Below are positions 9,023 through 18,602 of a DNA stretch of 64,000 nucleotides, piece after piece. Source of the DNA: Acidimicrobiia bacterium (GTDB taxonomy: Bacteria > Actinomycetota > Acidimicrobiia > Spongiisociales > ZC4RG35); the NCBI GenBank assembly GCA_028284765.1, contig JANQRA010000002.1, forward strand, positions 179,832 to 243,831, read 5' to 3'. A program made the translations under genes and the position numbers. Under the pieces are notes generated by a model, which saw only the letters and a list, made by a program, of their open reading frames with translations, was not told the DNA's origin and made no database searches. Each line of letters opens with the position of its first letter. The first letter of the stretch is position 1.

Positions 9023-9488
9023 GTGTGAGCCACCTCGAGAAGGCCGGTTGCACTATCGCGAACCCGTTTGAGGAGCTTCACGAGCTGATCGACTTCGGAC
9101 TCATTGAGCTCCTCGAATATCGACTCCTTGAGCACCCCAATCATCAGAGGAGCATACGAATCGGCCAGCTCTTGGCCATATTCGGCAAGTGTGACTTGCT
9201 GTGCCCTCCGATCATTCGGATCCGGTGTCCTCATCGCTATGCCCGCCTCCTCGGTTCGATCAACGTGCCTCGACAGCGAGCTGGATTGATCATCAGCTGC
9301 TGGCCGATTTCGACTCCTCTCAGACTGCTCGACTCTGACAGGGAGAGTCGGACGATGAGATCAGCCAGCGCAGGCTCCAAGCCCACCGGACTGACTGCGC
9401 GCCGCTCCAAGGCTGCCGAAACCGCAATCGACGCTTCGAGGAGGGCTCTCGTTGGAGCAAGCACCTCAGTTGGGAACGCATTTGCCAT
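9019..9488 (-). pseudogene. MarR-family regulator split by a single-base frameshift at ~9275
   Basis: Adding one base after ...NPAR joins the two ORFs into ...NPARxSRHVDRTEEAGIAMRTPDPNDRRAQQVTL..., a 156-aa MarR winged helix. Confidence 0.85.
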
Positions 9489-9506
9489 TTATGCTCTCGT
9501 TCGTAA

Positions 9507-9524
9507 TAATTGCGATCGTAACTA
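9507..9524. promoter_or_regulatory. Imperfect palindrome, probable MarR operator
   Basis: TAATTGCGATCGTAACTA (14/18 self-complementary) in the AT-rich divergent gap between marR and nmrA. Confidence 0.6.
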
Positions 9525-9542
9525 TACGTAGCAGGAGTCCCT

Positions 9543-10394
9543 ATGTCCAGAATCCTCGTGATCGGTGCAACAGGTCGGCAAGGAGGCGGGGTCGTCGACG
9601 CCGCCTTGAAGAACGGCCACGAAGTGTCTGCTTTCGTCCGAAGCGCCGACCAGAACACCGCCTCGCTAGCCGGTCGAGGCGTCGACATCGTCGAGGGTGA
9701 CCTCGACGATCCAGAATCCATCGTCGTCGCGGCTCAGTCCGTCGACAGCATGTTCGCCGTCACAACTCCATTCGCAGGTCTCGAAAAGGAGATCGAGCAT
9801 GGGAAGAATCTCGTTGCGGCTGCTCAAGAAGCGGACGTCAAACACCTGGTGTTTTCATCGGTAGCCGCGGCCGGCGAGGCTACGCGCATCGGACATTTCG
9901 ACACCAAATGGGTCACGGAGGAATTGATCCGAAGCACCGGAATCCCGGCGACCGTGATTGCTCCTGTCTTCTTCATGGACAACTACGTTTTCCCATGGAA
10001 TCTCGCCGACATGTCCAAAGGCGTCATCAGGCAAGCCGTCGACCCAGATGTCCCGCTCCAGATGGTCGATTCAACCGACATTGGGCGGGCCGTCGTCTCA
10101 TCAATCGAGAACGGGCTGATTCGGAAGCGCATCGAGATCGTCGGCGATCGGCTGACGGGACCCGAGCTGGCAGACGTACTCTCACGCGCTGCGGGAAGGG
10201 AGATCTCCTTCCAGAGACAGCCCGGCTCCGAACTTGACGCGATGGGGGGAGACTGGCGCCGGATGTATGAGTGGTTCAACGAGGGCGGCTTCAGTGTCGA
10301 TTCGTCAGAACTTCACAGCCAGCTACCGGACGTCGCCTTCCGCACGGCCGATCAATGGGCGGCAGACCAGGACTGGGACCAGCTCCTCTCCTGA
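9543..10394 (+). CDS. NmrA/HSCARG-family NAD(P)-binding protein
   Basis: GATGRQGG Rossmann motif, HLVFSSV, HFDTK; SD AGGAG. Confidence 0.88.
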   Translation: MSRILVIGATGRQGGGVVDAALKNGHEVSAFVRSADQNTASLAGRGVDIVEGDLDDPESIVVAAQSVDSMFAVTTPFAGLEKEIEHGKNLVAAAQEADVKHLVFSSVAAAGEATRIGHFDTKWVTEELIRSTGIPATVIAPVFFMDNYVFPWNLADMSKGVIRQAVDPDVPLQMVDSTDIGRAVVSSIENGLIRKRIEIVGDRLTGPELADVLSRAAGREISFQRQPGSELDAMGGDWRRMYEWFNEGGFSVDSSELHSQLPDVAFRTADQWAADQDWDQLLS

Positions 10395-10412
10395 CGGCTC
10401 TAGGCTCGCCTC

Positions 10413-10895
10413 GTGGCACGCCGCTACCCAGCAACTCCGGCCGTGCGAGCCCTCAAGACAGCCGACATCGGCTTCGAGCCCTTCGTGTACGACTACTCCA
10501 AGCACGAAGGAGCCTTGGGTGCAGCCGACTTCATCGGAATCGACCTCCACCTCACCGCGAAGACGATCGTGTTCGTGACCGACAATGGTGATGGGGTGGT
10601 CGTATTGATGCACGGAGACATGGAAGTGTCGACGAAGAAGCTGGCTCGGGTGCTCGGAGTCAAGAGGGTCACGCCCGCAGACCAGAGGGAAGCGAGTCGA
10701 ATCACCGGGTACCAGTTCGGCGGAACCTCGCCGTTGGGCATGAGGTCGAATCCACCGGTCTTGGCTCAGCAGACGCTGGGGGACCTAGACCGCGTCTATG
10801 TCAACGCGGGAAGCCGCGGGTTTGTCATTGGAATCAGAGCCGACGACCTGCTGCGACTGGCTGAAGCCACCACCGCAGACGTAGCGACCGGTTGA
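10413..10895 (+). CDS. ybaK: YbaK/EbsC aminoacyl-tRNA deacylase
   Basis: TPAVRAL, KTIV, TGYQFGGTSPLG, VNAGSRG. Confidence 0.9.
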   Translation: MARRYPATPAVRALKTADIGFEPFVYDYSKHEGALGAADFIGIDLHLTAKTIVFVTDNGDGVVVLMHGDMEVSTKKLARVLGVKRVTPADQREASRITGYQFGGTSPLGMRSNPPVLAQQTLGDLDRVYVNAGSRGFVIGIRADDLLRLAEATTADVATG

Positions 10896-10912
10896 AATCT
10901 CTGGGTCCGGTT

Positions 10913-11692
10913 CTAACCCCAGGCGGGGTCGCCGAGACGGTTACGGAGCGACATCATCGTCTTGGCGTGGATCTGACAGACCCTCGACTCGGTCACACCG
11001 AGCACATCACCGATCTCAGCCAGAGTCATCCCCTCGTAGTAGTACAGAGTGACAACCAGACGCTCACGGTTGGGCAGCCTCTGCACGGCGTCCGCAAGAG
11101 ACCGCTTCGTTTCCTCTGCCTGGAACTCACTCTCGGGAGAGACCCCGCGGGGGTCGGCGATCATCTCGCCCATCGAAGTGCTTGACTCGCCGGACACGAA
11201 CTCGTCGAGTGCGGCGATCCCCGATCGTCCGATTTGAGCCAGAGCGTCGCGGAACTCTCCAACCTCCATCTCAAGGTCCTCAGCAAGCTCGTCCTCGGTC
11301 GGTGCCCGCTGCAACTTGTGCTCGAGGTCCGCAATCGACTGCTCAATTCTCCGGGCACGCGAGCGCACAGACCGGGGCACCCAGTCGAGGGCTCTCAGCT
11401 CATCGAGGATCGCACCCTTGATGCGATTGATCGCATAGGTCTCGAACTTGAACCCACGCTCGAGATCGAACTTGTCGATGGCGTCAATGAGACCAAACAA
11501 ACCGTAGGACGCGAGGTCGTTTTGGTCGACCGATCGCGGCAATCCGGTACCCACACGACCGGCCACATATTTGACGAGCGGTGAGTAGTGCAGGATCAAA
11601 CGCTCTCTGGCGTCTTCATCCGCAGTGGCCTTGAACCGCTCCCACAGCCCATCGACCTGTGAGGCCTCAGGCTCTGGGGTGGCTTTGGTCAT
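10913..11692 (-). CDS. whiG: FliA/WhiG-family RNA polymerase sigma factor
   Basis: [51 protein letters not shown]; same dprA-whiG-rpsB neighbourhood as Streptomyces whiG. Confidence 0.93.
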   Translation of the reverse strand: MTKATPEPEASQVDGLWERFKATADEDARERLILHYSPLVKYVAGRVGTGLPRSVDQNDLASYGLFGLIDAIDKFDLERGFKFETYAINRIKGAILDELRALDWVPRSVRSRARRIEQSIADLEHKLQRAPTEDELAEDLEMEVGEFRDALAQIGRSGIAALDEFVSGESSTSMGEMIADPRGVSPESEFQAEETKRSLADAVQRLPNRERLVVTLYYYEGMTLAEIGDVLGVTESRVCQIHAKTMMSLRNRLGDPAWG

Positions 11693-12554
11693 ATGTTCCT
11701 CTCAGGTGTTTTCGGCTCACGGCAGTGTAGATCTGAGTGGTGGCCAGATCGGTGTGTCCCAACAAATCCTGCACTGTTCTCAGATCTGCGCCTCCTTCGA
11801 GAAGGTGCGTGGCAAAGCTGTGACGGACCGCATGTGGGAAGGTGACGAGGTGTTTCGAAACCACTCTGCGTATCCCTCGCGAGTCGAGTTTCCCACCGCG
11901 AACGCCCACAAACAGAGTCGACCCGGCGGCCTCGCCTTCGAGTGCGGGACGACCGTCACGCAAGTAGCGACGCAACGACTCTTGCGCCGGTTTGCCCAGA
12001 GGAACCGTCCGAAGTTTCCCACCTTTGCCTATGACCGAGACCGATTCGCCTGCGACGCTGTCTACTTCGAGTGAGGCCAACTCCGAAACTCGGAGTCCGG
12101 TGGCATACAACGTCTCGATGATCGCCCGGTCTCGCAGTCCATCGGGCGTTGAGGTGTCGATCGACTCGATTGCCGTTTCCAGTGACCTGACCGGAACGGC
12201 GTGTGGCAGCTGCTTGCCCAACTTGGGCGTGGATAAACCATCGAATGGGTTCGACTCAGCCAGCCCTCGTTTCAGCGCATCGTTGTAGAAGGCTCGGACC
12301 GCAGACGCCCGGCGCGAGGTCGTCGCTCGGGAATAGCCACGGGTGTCCAAGAACGCCAGATACCTCCGTGCCTGGCGTCTGGTGACGTCATCGATATCGG
12401 AGACCCCTAGCCGATCGCAGTAGTCGAAGAAGCCCGCCATGTCGCGGCGATACGCATCAACGGTGTGCGGAGACAGGCCACGCTGGTCGACTAGACGATC
12501 CAAGTACCTGTCTACGTGGGGTTTCGCCCATTCCGGTGCAAGTGAAGACTTCAA
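11667..12554 (-). CDS. xerC: Tyrosine recombinase XerC
   Basis: [32 protein letters not shown]...TTQIYT; standard position after dprA. Confidence 0.92.
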   Translation of the reverse strand: MKSSLAPEWAKPHVDRYLDRLVDQRGLSPHTVDAYRRDMAGFFDYCDRLGVSDIDDVTRRQARRYLAFLDTRGYSRATTSRRASAVRAFYNDALKRGLAESNPFDGLSTPKLGKQLPHAVPVRSLETAIESIDTSTPDGLRDRAIIETLYATGLRVSELASLEVDSVAGESVSVIGKGGKLRTVPLGKPAQESLRRYLRDGRPALEGEAAGSTLFVGVRGGKLDSRGIRRVVSKHLVTFPHAVRHSFATHLLEGGADLRTVQDLLGHTDLATTQIYTAVSRKHLRGTYDQSHPRA

Positions 12555-12594
12555 CGAACTGGATGCTATTGCTTCCTTTGGTTTTCACAGCGGA

Positions 12595-13407
12595 TCAGGC
12601 TGGAACGATGAGATCACCCTGACGTCGAACCTGACCCTCCACTTCAAGACGTCCCAACTTGATGAGCGCTTCAGTGACCGTGAGACCCCAAAGCTGAGGT
12701 AGGTCGCTGATGAGAACGCCATCAACGGGCACCGGGCTTCGCCTGCCTTTCGCTGGGGGCCCCAGGATCAGGCTCAACTCCTCGATCAGGTCGCTCGAAC
12801 CGAGGACCGGGAATGCGCCGTCCCGGATCAGCCGGTTGCAGCCTTCAGACGCGGTGCGGTCGACGTCACCCGGCACTGCAAACACCGGTCGGCCGATCTC
12901 TGCAGCCAGCCTTGCCGTGATCAGCGCACCGCCCGTCACGGCGGCCTCCACCACGACTACAGCCTCCGACATCGCGGCGATCAGGCGATTTCGAGCTGGA
13001 AACCGCCACTTGTCGGGTGGGGTCCCTTCGGGATACTCGGAGACGATCGCACCACCGAGATCCAGGATCCGCTTGTAGAGGCCCTCGTTTTCCTTCGGGT
13101 AGCAGACGTCGATGCCCGACCCGAGAACCGCAACGGCGTGCCCACTAGATCGAAGACAGCCCCGGTGCGCCGCTGTGTCGATGCCCCTGGCCAGACCGCT
13201 GACGGTGGACCAACCGGATCGGGCGATCGCGGATCCAAAAGACTCTGCGAGATCGACCCCATATCTCGTACACCTGCGCGTCCCCACAACCGCGACCGTC
13301 TTCGACTCGCCCAACTCACCCAGTGCCCACACTGGAGGAGGATGCTCGAGATCCAAGAGGCCGACCGGATAGTCATCCGATTCGCTACCGATATGCCTCG
13401 GTCTCAC
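12595..13407 (-). CDS. dprA: DNA-processing protein DprA (short, no N-terminal SAM domain)
   Basis: AVVGTR, VSGLARGIDTAAH, FPARNRLIA, GALITA. Confidence 0.95.
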   Translation of the reverse strand: MRPRHIGSESDDYPVGLLDLEHPPPVWALGELGESKTVAVVGTRRCTRYGVDLAESFGSAIARSGWSTVSGLARGIDTAAHRGCLRSSGHAVAVLGSGIDVCYPKENEGLYKRILDLGGAIVSEYPEGTPPDKWRFPARNRLIAAMSEAVVVVEAAVTGGALITARLAAEIGRPVFAVPGDVDRTASEGCNRLIRDGAFPVLGSSDLIEELSLILGPPAKGRRSPVPVDGVLISDLPQLWGLTVTEALIKLGRLEVEGQVRRQGDLIVPA

Positions 13408-14831
13408 CAATCGACCCTGAGGGCCATAGCCTCTTCGACGTGTTCGACTCCAACGCGATCAAGCTCGAACAGGGCGGCGATAGTGGTTGACACATCCCGA
13501 ACACGACCGGCACCCCGGGCTGTGAGCAGGCCGGCCTCAAGTGCCCTAGACACCACAGCTGAAGCCTTGCCTCCGAAGGAGACACCTGCCCTCAAGGTGG
13601 CTTGCGCCCCCTGGACTCTGCCTCGCACCGAGGCTGTCGGCTCGGCCGGATGAAAGCCGTCAGTGACCTGAGGCCGATCCACCTTCACGATGAGGTCAAA
13701 GCGATCCATCAATGGCCCCGAAACTCTCAACCGGTACCTGGACACGGCTGACGGACGACACTCACAAGGTCGTCTTCGGTCTCCCCGGAAACCACATGGA
13801 CATGGGTTGGTCGCAGCTACCAACTGGAAACGCGAAGGAAAGGTGGAGGTCGTGCCTCTCCTCGCCACCGTTACCGATCCGTCTTCGAGCGGCTGCCGCA
13901 GAGTGTCGAGGTTCGATCTAGGAAACTCGGCCAGCTCGTCCAAGAACAGGACACCTCGATGGGCAAGGGAGACCTCCCCGGGGACGGCCACACCTGAGCC
14001 CCCGCCTACCAACGCTGGTCGCGAAGCAGTGTGGTGAGGGGCGCGGAAGGGCCTCCGCACATCGATGCCACGACGCAAGCTCGCGGCCGCATATACCAAC
14101 GCGACCTCGACCGCTTCGCTTTCGTCGAGGTACGGGAGAAGGCCACGCAAACGACGGGCGAGCATCGTCTTGCCACCACCAGGAGGACCATGGAACAAGA
14201 GGTGATGTCCACCCGCCGCTGCTATTTCCACCGCTCTAGCGGGTATGGGCTGGCCCCGAACATCCGAAAGGTCCTCCGCGTCATCTTCAGCGGGGAAACT
14301 TGCTCCCGACGGCGTCGCCTCTCCGTCCAGCCCGTGATGGAGCATCTCAACGGCCTGCGCCAGCGATGCGACACCAAAGACGCTCGACCCCGGAACACTT
14401 GCTGCAGCCGCGGCCTCAGCCTGGGGAGCCAGACACGGAGCGTCGGACCGAGCTGAGAGCACAGCTCCCCCAATGGCAGCCGCCCCACCCTTTACCCGTC
14501 CGTCGAGTGCCAGCTCACCGACCGAGATCACTCGAGCGAGATCAGGAATGTCGCGATTGGCCGCCAGAATCCCCAGCGCGATTGGCAGATCGAAGTCAGT
14601 GCCGGCTTTTTGGAGCCCAGCTGGCGCCAGATTGACGGTGACCGTTCGGTTGGGGAACTTCACACCGGTCGAGTGGATGGCCGACCGCACCCGATCCTTG
14701 GCTTCACGGAGAGCAGTGTCGGGCAGACCCGACAACTTGAACGCCTCCTGTGCACGACCGATGTGGACTTGGACCTCGACCGGCCTGACATCTCCCCCGA
14801 CGAGAGCAACCGACGTTGCTGCTGCGTACAT
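13404..14831 (-). CDS. comM: YifB/ComM Mg-chelatase-like AAA ATPase
   Basis: GLPDTALRE, VNLAPA, GPPGGGKT, PGEVSLAHRGVLFLDE, NPCPCG. Confidence 0.94.
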   Translation of the reverse strand: MYAAATSVALVGGDVRPVEVQVHIGRAQEAFKLSGLPDTALREAKDRVRSAIHSTGVKFPNRTVTVNLAPAGLQKAGTDFDLPIALGILAANRDIPDLARVISVGELALDGRVKGGAAAIGGAVLSARSDAPCLAPQAEAAAAASVPGSSVFGVASLAQAVEMLHHGLDGEATPSGASFPAEDDAEDLSDVRGQPIPARAVEIAAAGGHHLLFHGPPGGGKTMLARRLRGLLPYLDESEAVEVALVYAAASLRRGIDVRRPFRAPHHTASRPALVGGGSGVAVPGEVSLAHRGVLFLDELAEFPRSNLDTLRQPLEDGSVTVARRGTTSTFPSRFQLVAATNPCPCGFRGDRRRPCECRPSAVSRYRLRVSGPLMDRFDLIVKVDRPQVTDGFHPAEPTASVRGRVQGAQATLRAGVSFGGKASAVVSRALEAGLLTARGAGRVRDVSTTIAALFELDRVGVEHVEEAMALRVDW

Positions 14832-14858
14832 GCTTCCGAACGTACGTCGGAAGCACGT
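14828..14858. promoter_or_regulatory. Inverted repeat enclosing the comM -10 and start codon
   Basis: ACATGCTTCCGA-N7-TCGGAAGCACGT; minus strand reads TACGTT-N7-ATG. Confidence 0.5.
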
Positions 14859-14864
14859 GTCTTA

Positions 14865-16250
14865 CTAGGGGTTCGAAAAGGCCACGGCGCCCGTACGACG
14901 AGGATCTGCAAAGGCGTTGAGCACCCCCTGCTTCATCCCCGCAGCGTTTACGCCACCGAAGTACATCTGAATATCGTCGAACTCCCTGAGCTCATAAGCG
15001 CCTGAGACGTCAGCGCCCGGCTCGACGGCGAGGCGAACACCCCACTCTCCAAATTCAGGGTGCATCCGTGGATGGATGATTGCATTCTCGAGTCTGTCAC
15101 CGGCCGCAATGCGAAGCAGAGTCGTCGCCAGGGCCGATGTGATCCGGTCAGCCCCTGGCGAACCGATGGCCACAGTTGCGTTGGGCAGCTTGGCCACTGT
15201 GGGCGCCATGTTGGACACCATTCGCTCTCCTGGAGTACCGGGACGACCGCCGGTCAATTCGACTTCGCCGATTGCGTTGTTCATAAGCATCCCAGTTCCC
15301 GTCGGGACGATGCCCGAGCCGTATCCAGCCGAAAAGGAACCTGCGACTCCCCCGCCTTCGTCATCCGCAGCTGCGACCGAAATCGTCGAGGGAGTCTTCG
15401 AGCCTTCACGACGGGTTCGAAAAGCGGACACCAAAGCATCTTCGAACGGCTCCGCGTGAATCCGCTTCAAGACGTCGACGAGAACTTCGCCTCCAACCGC
15501 CGGTCGAGGGTTGGTTGCGACCTTCCAATCTCCTGCGTTCGCAATCAAAGGCGGACGGGCATGAGCCTCGTAGCTCTCCAGGTCCCTCAACGTCAACATC
15601 GATCCTCGGGCGGACAGATCCTCGGCGACTTCACGTCCGAGATCACCTCCATAAAGCGCGCGCGCTCCTTCTTCTCCGATGCGGCGCAACGTGTCCGCCA
15701 AACCATGAAAAACAATCGGGGTGCCCAACGGTCGTGGAGCGCCATCAACGAAAAGGGCTTCTCTCGCAGCCGGATCCGAGTCGTAGATCGGAGTGGCGCC
15801 ATGATTCAGGAAGAAGTGGGCAGCGAAGCTGAGGGGAAATCCCTCGACATGGTCAGCAACGATCCCCATGAGCTCTCGCCAAGGCAGCCGTCCGAACATG
15901 CGGGAGGCCAGGTCGAAAGCAGCGAACCCGCCGGGAACCGCTATCGAACCGGCATCGACAAGGGTCCGTACCCCGCCACCGTATGACATGTTGACCTCAC
16001 GAATCTTCACCTCACCCGAGAACCCGAGACCTGGCTGATTCATGTAGCCGTCGATGACGACCGGCTTGTGGCCCGGCACATCAATCGTGAGAAAGCCGCC
16101 GCCTCCTGGCCCGCAAACACCTGGCTCGGTACACATCGCAGCCAGTGAGGCTGCGACGCCGACATCCACAACCGAGCCGCCGGAATCACCAACCGCAACA
16201 GCAGCGTCGGTTACGGCAGACGATGGCCCGGCTACAGCTATGCGCGGCAT
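14865..16250 (-). CDS. ggt: Gamma-glutamyltransferase family protein
   Basis: EPGVCGPGGGGF, IAVPG, STISVAAAD (putative Thr nucleophile), SNMAPT, GSPGADRI, DPRR. Confidence 0.87.
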   Translation of the reverse strand: MPRIAVAGPSSAVTDAAVAVGDSGGSVVDVGVAASLAAMCTEPGVCGPGGGGFLTIDVPGHKPVVIDGYMNQPGLGFSGEVKIREVNMSYGGGVRTLVDAGSIAVPGGFAAFDLASRMFGRLPWRELMGIVADHVEGFPLSFAAHFFLNHGATPIYDSDPAAREALFVDGAPRPLGTPIVFHGLADTLRRIGEEGARALYGGDLGREVAEDLSARGSMLTLRDLESYEAHARPPLIANAGDWKVATNPRPAVGGEVLVDVLKRIHAEPFEDALVSAFRTRREGSKTPSTISVAAADDEGGGVAGSFSAGYGSGIVPTGTGMLMNNAIGEVELTGGRPGTPGERMVSNMAPTVAKLPNATVAIGSPGADRITSALATTLLRIAAGDRLENAIIHPRMHPEFGEWGVRLAVEPGADVSGAYELREFDDIQMYFGGVNAAGMKQGVLNAFADPRRTGAVAFSNP

Positions 16251-16284
16251 CGCCTCAGCCTAAGTCAGGTCTAGTGTCCAACCC

Positions 16285-16728
16285 ATGTCGATAGACGGCA
16301 TGGACATCGCGGTCGCAGAGGCGCGCGCTGGATTGGCCGAAGGCGGAATCCCAATTGGGTCCGCTCTCATCGTCGATGGTGAAGTCGTCGGCAAAGGACA
16401 CAATCGGCGGGTCCAACACGATTCGGCAATTCTCCATGGGGAGATGGACGCACTCGAGAACGCCGGACGGCTGAGCGCTTCCGAATACGCCAGGAGCACC
16501 ATCTACACCACCCTTTCGCCTTGTGACATGTGCTCCGGGGCCATTTTGTTGTACGGGATTCCGCGAGTTGTGATCGGGGAGAACACGACGTTCATGGGGG
16601 CCGAACAGCTCCTTCGATCGCGCGGCGTCGAACTCATCGTCGTTGAAGACGAACGCTGCATTTCCCTGATGAAGCGTTTTGTGGCCGACAACCCGGGCCT
16701 CTGGAACGAGGACATCGGCGAGGATTAG
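16285..16728 (+). CDS. Cytosine deaminase-like nucleoside deaminase (CDA fold)
   Basis: EGGIPIG, HGEMDALENAG, TTLSPCDMC, WNEDIGE (yeast Fcy1-like signature). Confidence 0.88.
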   Translation: MSIDGMDIAVAEARAGLAEGGIPIGSALIVDGEVVGKGHNRRVQHDSAILHGEMDALENAGRLSASEYARSTIYTTLSPCDMCSGAILLYGIPRVVIGENTTFMGAEQLLRSRGVELIVVEDERCISLMKRFVADNPGLWNEDIGED

Positions 16729-17504
16729 CGACCCTTCCATTCCGGGTCACGTTTGCCGAGAAACGCTGTGACGCCCTCGATCACGTCTTCTGTATTGAGG
16801 AGGATCGACTGTGACTGTCCTTCCCAGCTGACCGACTCGGCGAAAGACGACTCGAAGGAGGCGTTGAGTGCCTGCTTGGCGAATCCCTGTGCGATGGGAG
16901 CACCTTTCTTGAAGGACTCTGCGATCTCCTTCGCGCGTTTCATCAAGTCGCTCTGATCGACCATTTCCAAGGCAATGCCCAGGCGAACGGCTTCATCCGC
17001 ATCGATCATTCGTCCGGACAGGGCAATTTCCTTGGCGCGCTGCAGCCCGACGACTCGTGGGAGCAGCCACGTGCCACCGAAGTCCACAGTCAAGCCACGC
17101 CGAACGAAGATCTCCGAGAAGCGGGCACCTTCGGTGGCTATGACAACGTCGCACCCCAACGCGAGGTTCATGCCTGCTCCGACGGCGTAACCGTCTACGG
17201 CCGCAATTGTTGGCTTCGTGGTCCGGTGGAGAGCAGTCGCGGCCCGATCGACCAGTTTCATGCGACGGTGCGAGTCGGCAACAGATGCGGGGCCGCCGAA
17301 CCGCTCGACATCCAGGTCGGCGCCTGCGCAGAAGTCGCCGCCGGCGCCAGTGACAATCAGAACGCGGTCGTCACTGGTGTCGAACTCGAGGAACGCATCG
17401 CCCAAAGCGGGCCAGCCATCTGCGGGCACTGCGTTCTTACGGTCGGGATTCTCGATCGTGAGCGTTCGGATGTGGTTGTTCGAATCGACTCTCAGCCAGT
17501 CCAC
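16725..17504 (-). CDS. Enoyl-CoA hydratase/isomerase family protein
   Basis: FCAGADL, KPTIAAVDGYAVGAG, DFGGTWLLPRVVG. Confidence 0.92.
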   Translation of the reverse strand: MDWLRVDSNNHIRTLTIENPDRKNAVPADGWPALGDAFLEFDTSDDRVLIVTGAGGDFCAGADLDVERFGGPASVADSHRRMKLVDRAATALHRTTKPTIAAVDGYAVGAGMNLALGCDVVIATEGARFSEIFVRRGLTVDFGGTWLLPRVVGLQRAKEIALSGRMIDADEAVRLGIALEMVDQSDLMKRAKEIAESFKKGAPIAQGFAKQALNASFESSFAESVSWEGQSQSILLNTEDVIEGVTAFLGKRDPEWKGR

Positions 17505-17548
17505 GCCCCTGACAGTAGACAGCCCTGTACGTGCGTTACCGTCGTGGC

Positions 17549-17662
17549 GTGGGATTCAATCCTTTTCGCGAGCACCGGAACTCGGTCGTCGACATCATCA
17601 TGGTTGTCGTCGCCCTGGCCGCCGCCCTTGGAGTCTTGGCATGGGCGATCTTTTCGGGGTGA
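17549..17662 (+). CDS. 37-aa single-pass membrane microprotein (not in ORF track)
   Basis: MGFNPFREHRNSVVDIIMVVVALAAALGVLAWAIFSG; TACCGT-N6-GTG leaderless start; GTGA overlap with the next gene. Confidence 0.65.
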   Translation: MGFNPFREHRNSVVDIIMVVVALAAALGVLAWAIFSG

Positions 17663-17856
17663 CCGTTAACCCAATACAGCCGTACCAAGCCACCAAGACG
17701 TACGTGTGCCCCGGCTGCGAAGGGACGATCGAGCCAGGAACATTTCACCTCGTGGTGATCCCCGATGAGGCGATCGACATGAGACGACATTGGCACCACG
17801 GGTGCTGGCACAAAGAACTGCGTCGAACCTACGGCGCTCAGGCGTCCCGACGCTGA
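17659..17856 (+). CDS. Small actinobacterial CxxC...HxxC zinc-finger protein
   Basis: ATKTYVCPGCEGTIEPG.FHLVVIP.....RRHWHHGCW resembles a conserved small actinobacterial hypothetical family. Confidence 0.75.
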   Translation: MTVNPIQPYQATKTYVCPGCEGTIEPGTFHLVVIPDEAIDMRRHWHHGCWHKELRRTYGAQASRR

Positions 17857-18602
17857 AGACCCCACCAGGTGAATCCCAGGCCGACCAAGGTCCATCCAAA
17901 GATGATGGCGAGCTGATGCCACAGCGGCAGGTCGCCACCGGGGATGAATCCGCCGAAACCTCCGCCGATGTCAACAAAGAACAGTGCCGTTGTCGCCGCT
18001 GTTAGCGAGATGTTCTCCCAGACGTCCCAAAGCGCAAGGAACTGCTCGGCGAAGTAGATGGCCAATCCCACACCGATAGCCGGGCCCACCGACCTCAGCA
18101 TCGCCACCGCTCCAGTTCCAATCGAAGACCACGCAATCGCCACCAACCCGGCCTTCCAGAAGATGCTGAGGAACTCAGAGGTTTCCATGAACCCTTCTCC
18201 CGGCGCGAAGAAGTAGGCGAGGCCGACCCAGAGGAAGAATGCGAAGAGAAACGCGATGGTCGTGGCGAGCGAATAGGTGAAGAACCTCACCAAGAGCTGA
18301 CGGATCCGGCGGCTGTCCCGGGTCAACGCCGAGGCCCAAACAGTGGTACTCAGCTCACCGCCAAGAAGGACGGTCGCCAGAATCAACGGGAACCAGGTCT
18401 GTGTGACCGCCTGCTGGGCTCCAACGGTATAGACCTCCGGCTTCTCCAGAACTGGAAGCTCGTCGGCGATCTCGGGGGCGATCTCCCCAAAGATGAACAA
18501 GAAGAAAGCCGCCAAGCCCACAAACGTGATCAGAACGAGGGTCATCACCGGGAAGACTTTCCGACGACTGATCTTCCGGTATTCGGCGCGCAGCAGGCTC
18601 AT
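17838..18602 (-). CDS. ABC-2 type transporter permease
   Basis: LLRAEYRK start, 6 TM segments, GGELSTTVW, C-terminal RRDA. Confidence 0.88.
   Translation of the reverse strand: MSLLRAEYRKISRRKVFPVMTLVLITFVGLAAFFLFIFGEIAPEIADELPVLEKPEVYTVGAQQAVTQTWFPLILATVLLGGELSTTVWASALTRDSRRIRQLLVRFFTYSLATTIAFLFAFFLWVGLAYFFAPGEGFMETSEFLSIFWKAGLVAIAWSSIGTGAVAMLRSVGPAIGVGLAIYFAEQFLALWDVWENISLTAATTALFFVDIGGGFGGFIPGGDLPLWHQLAIIFGWTLVGLGFTWWGLQRRDA

Noticed and set aside
11667..12554. Tyrosine recombinase as a prophage or island integrase
   Set aside because: It sits at the standard xerC position after dprA; no att repeats, tRNA or phage genes; no dif-like site seen.
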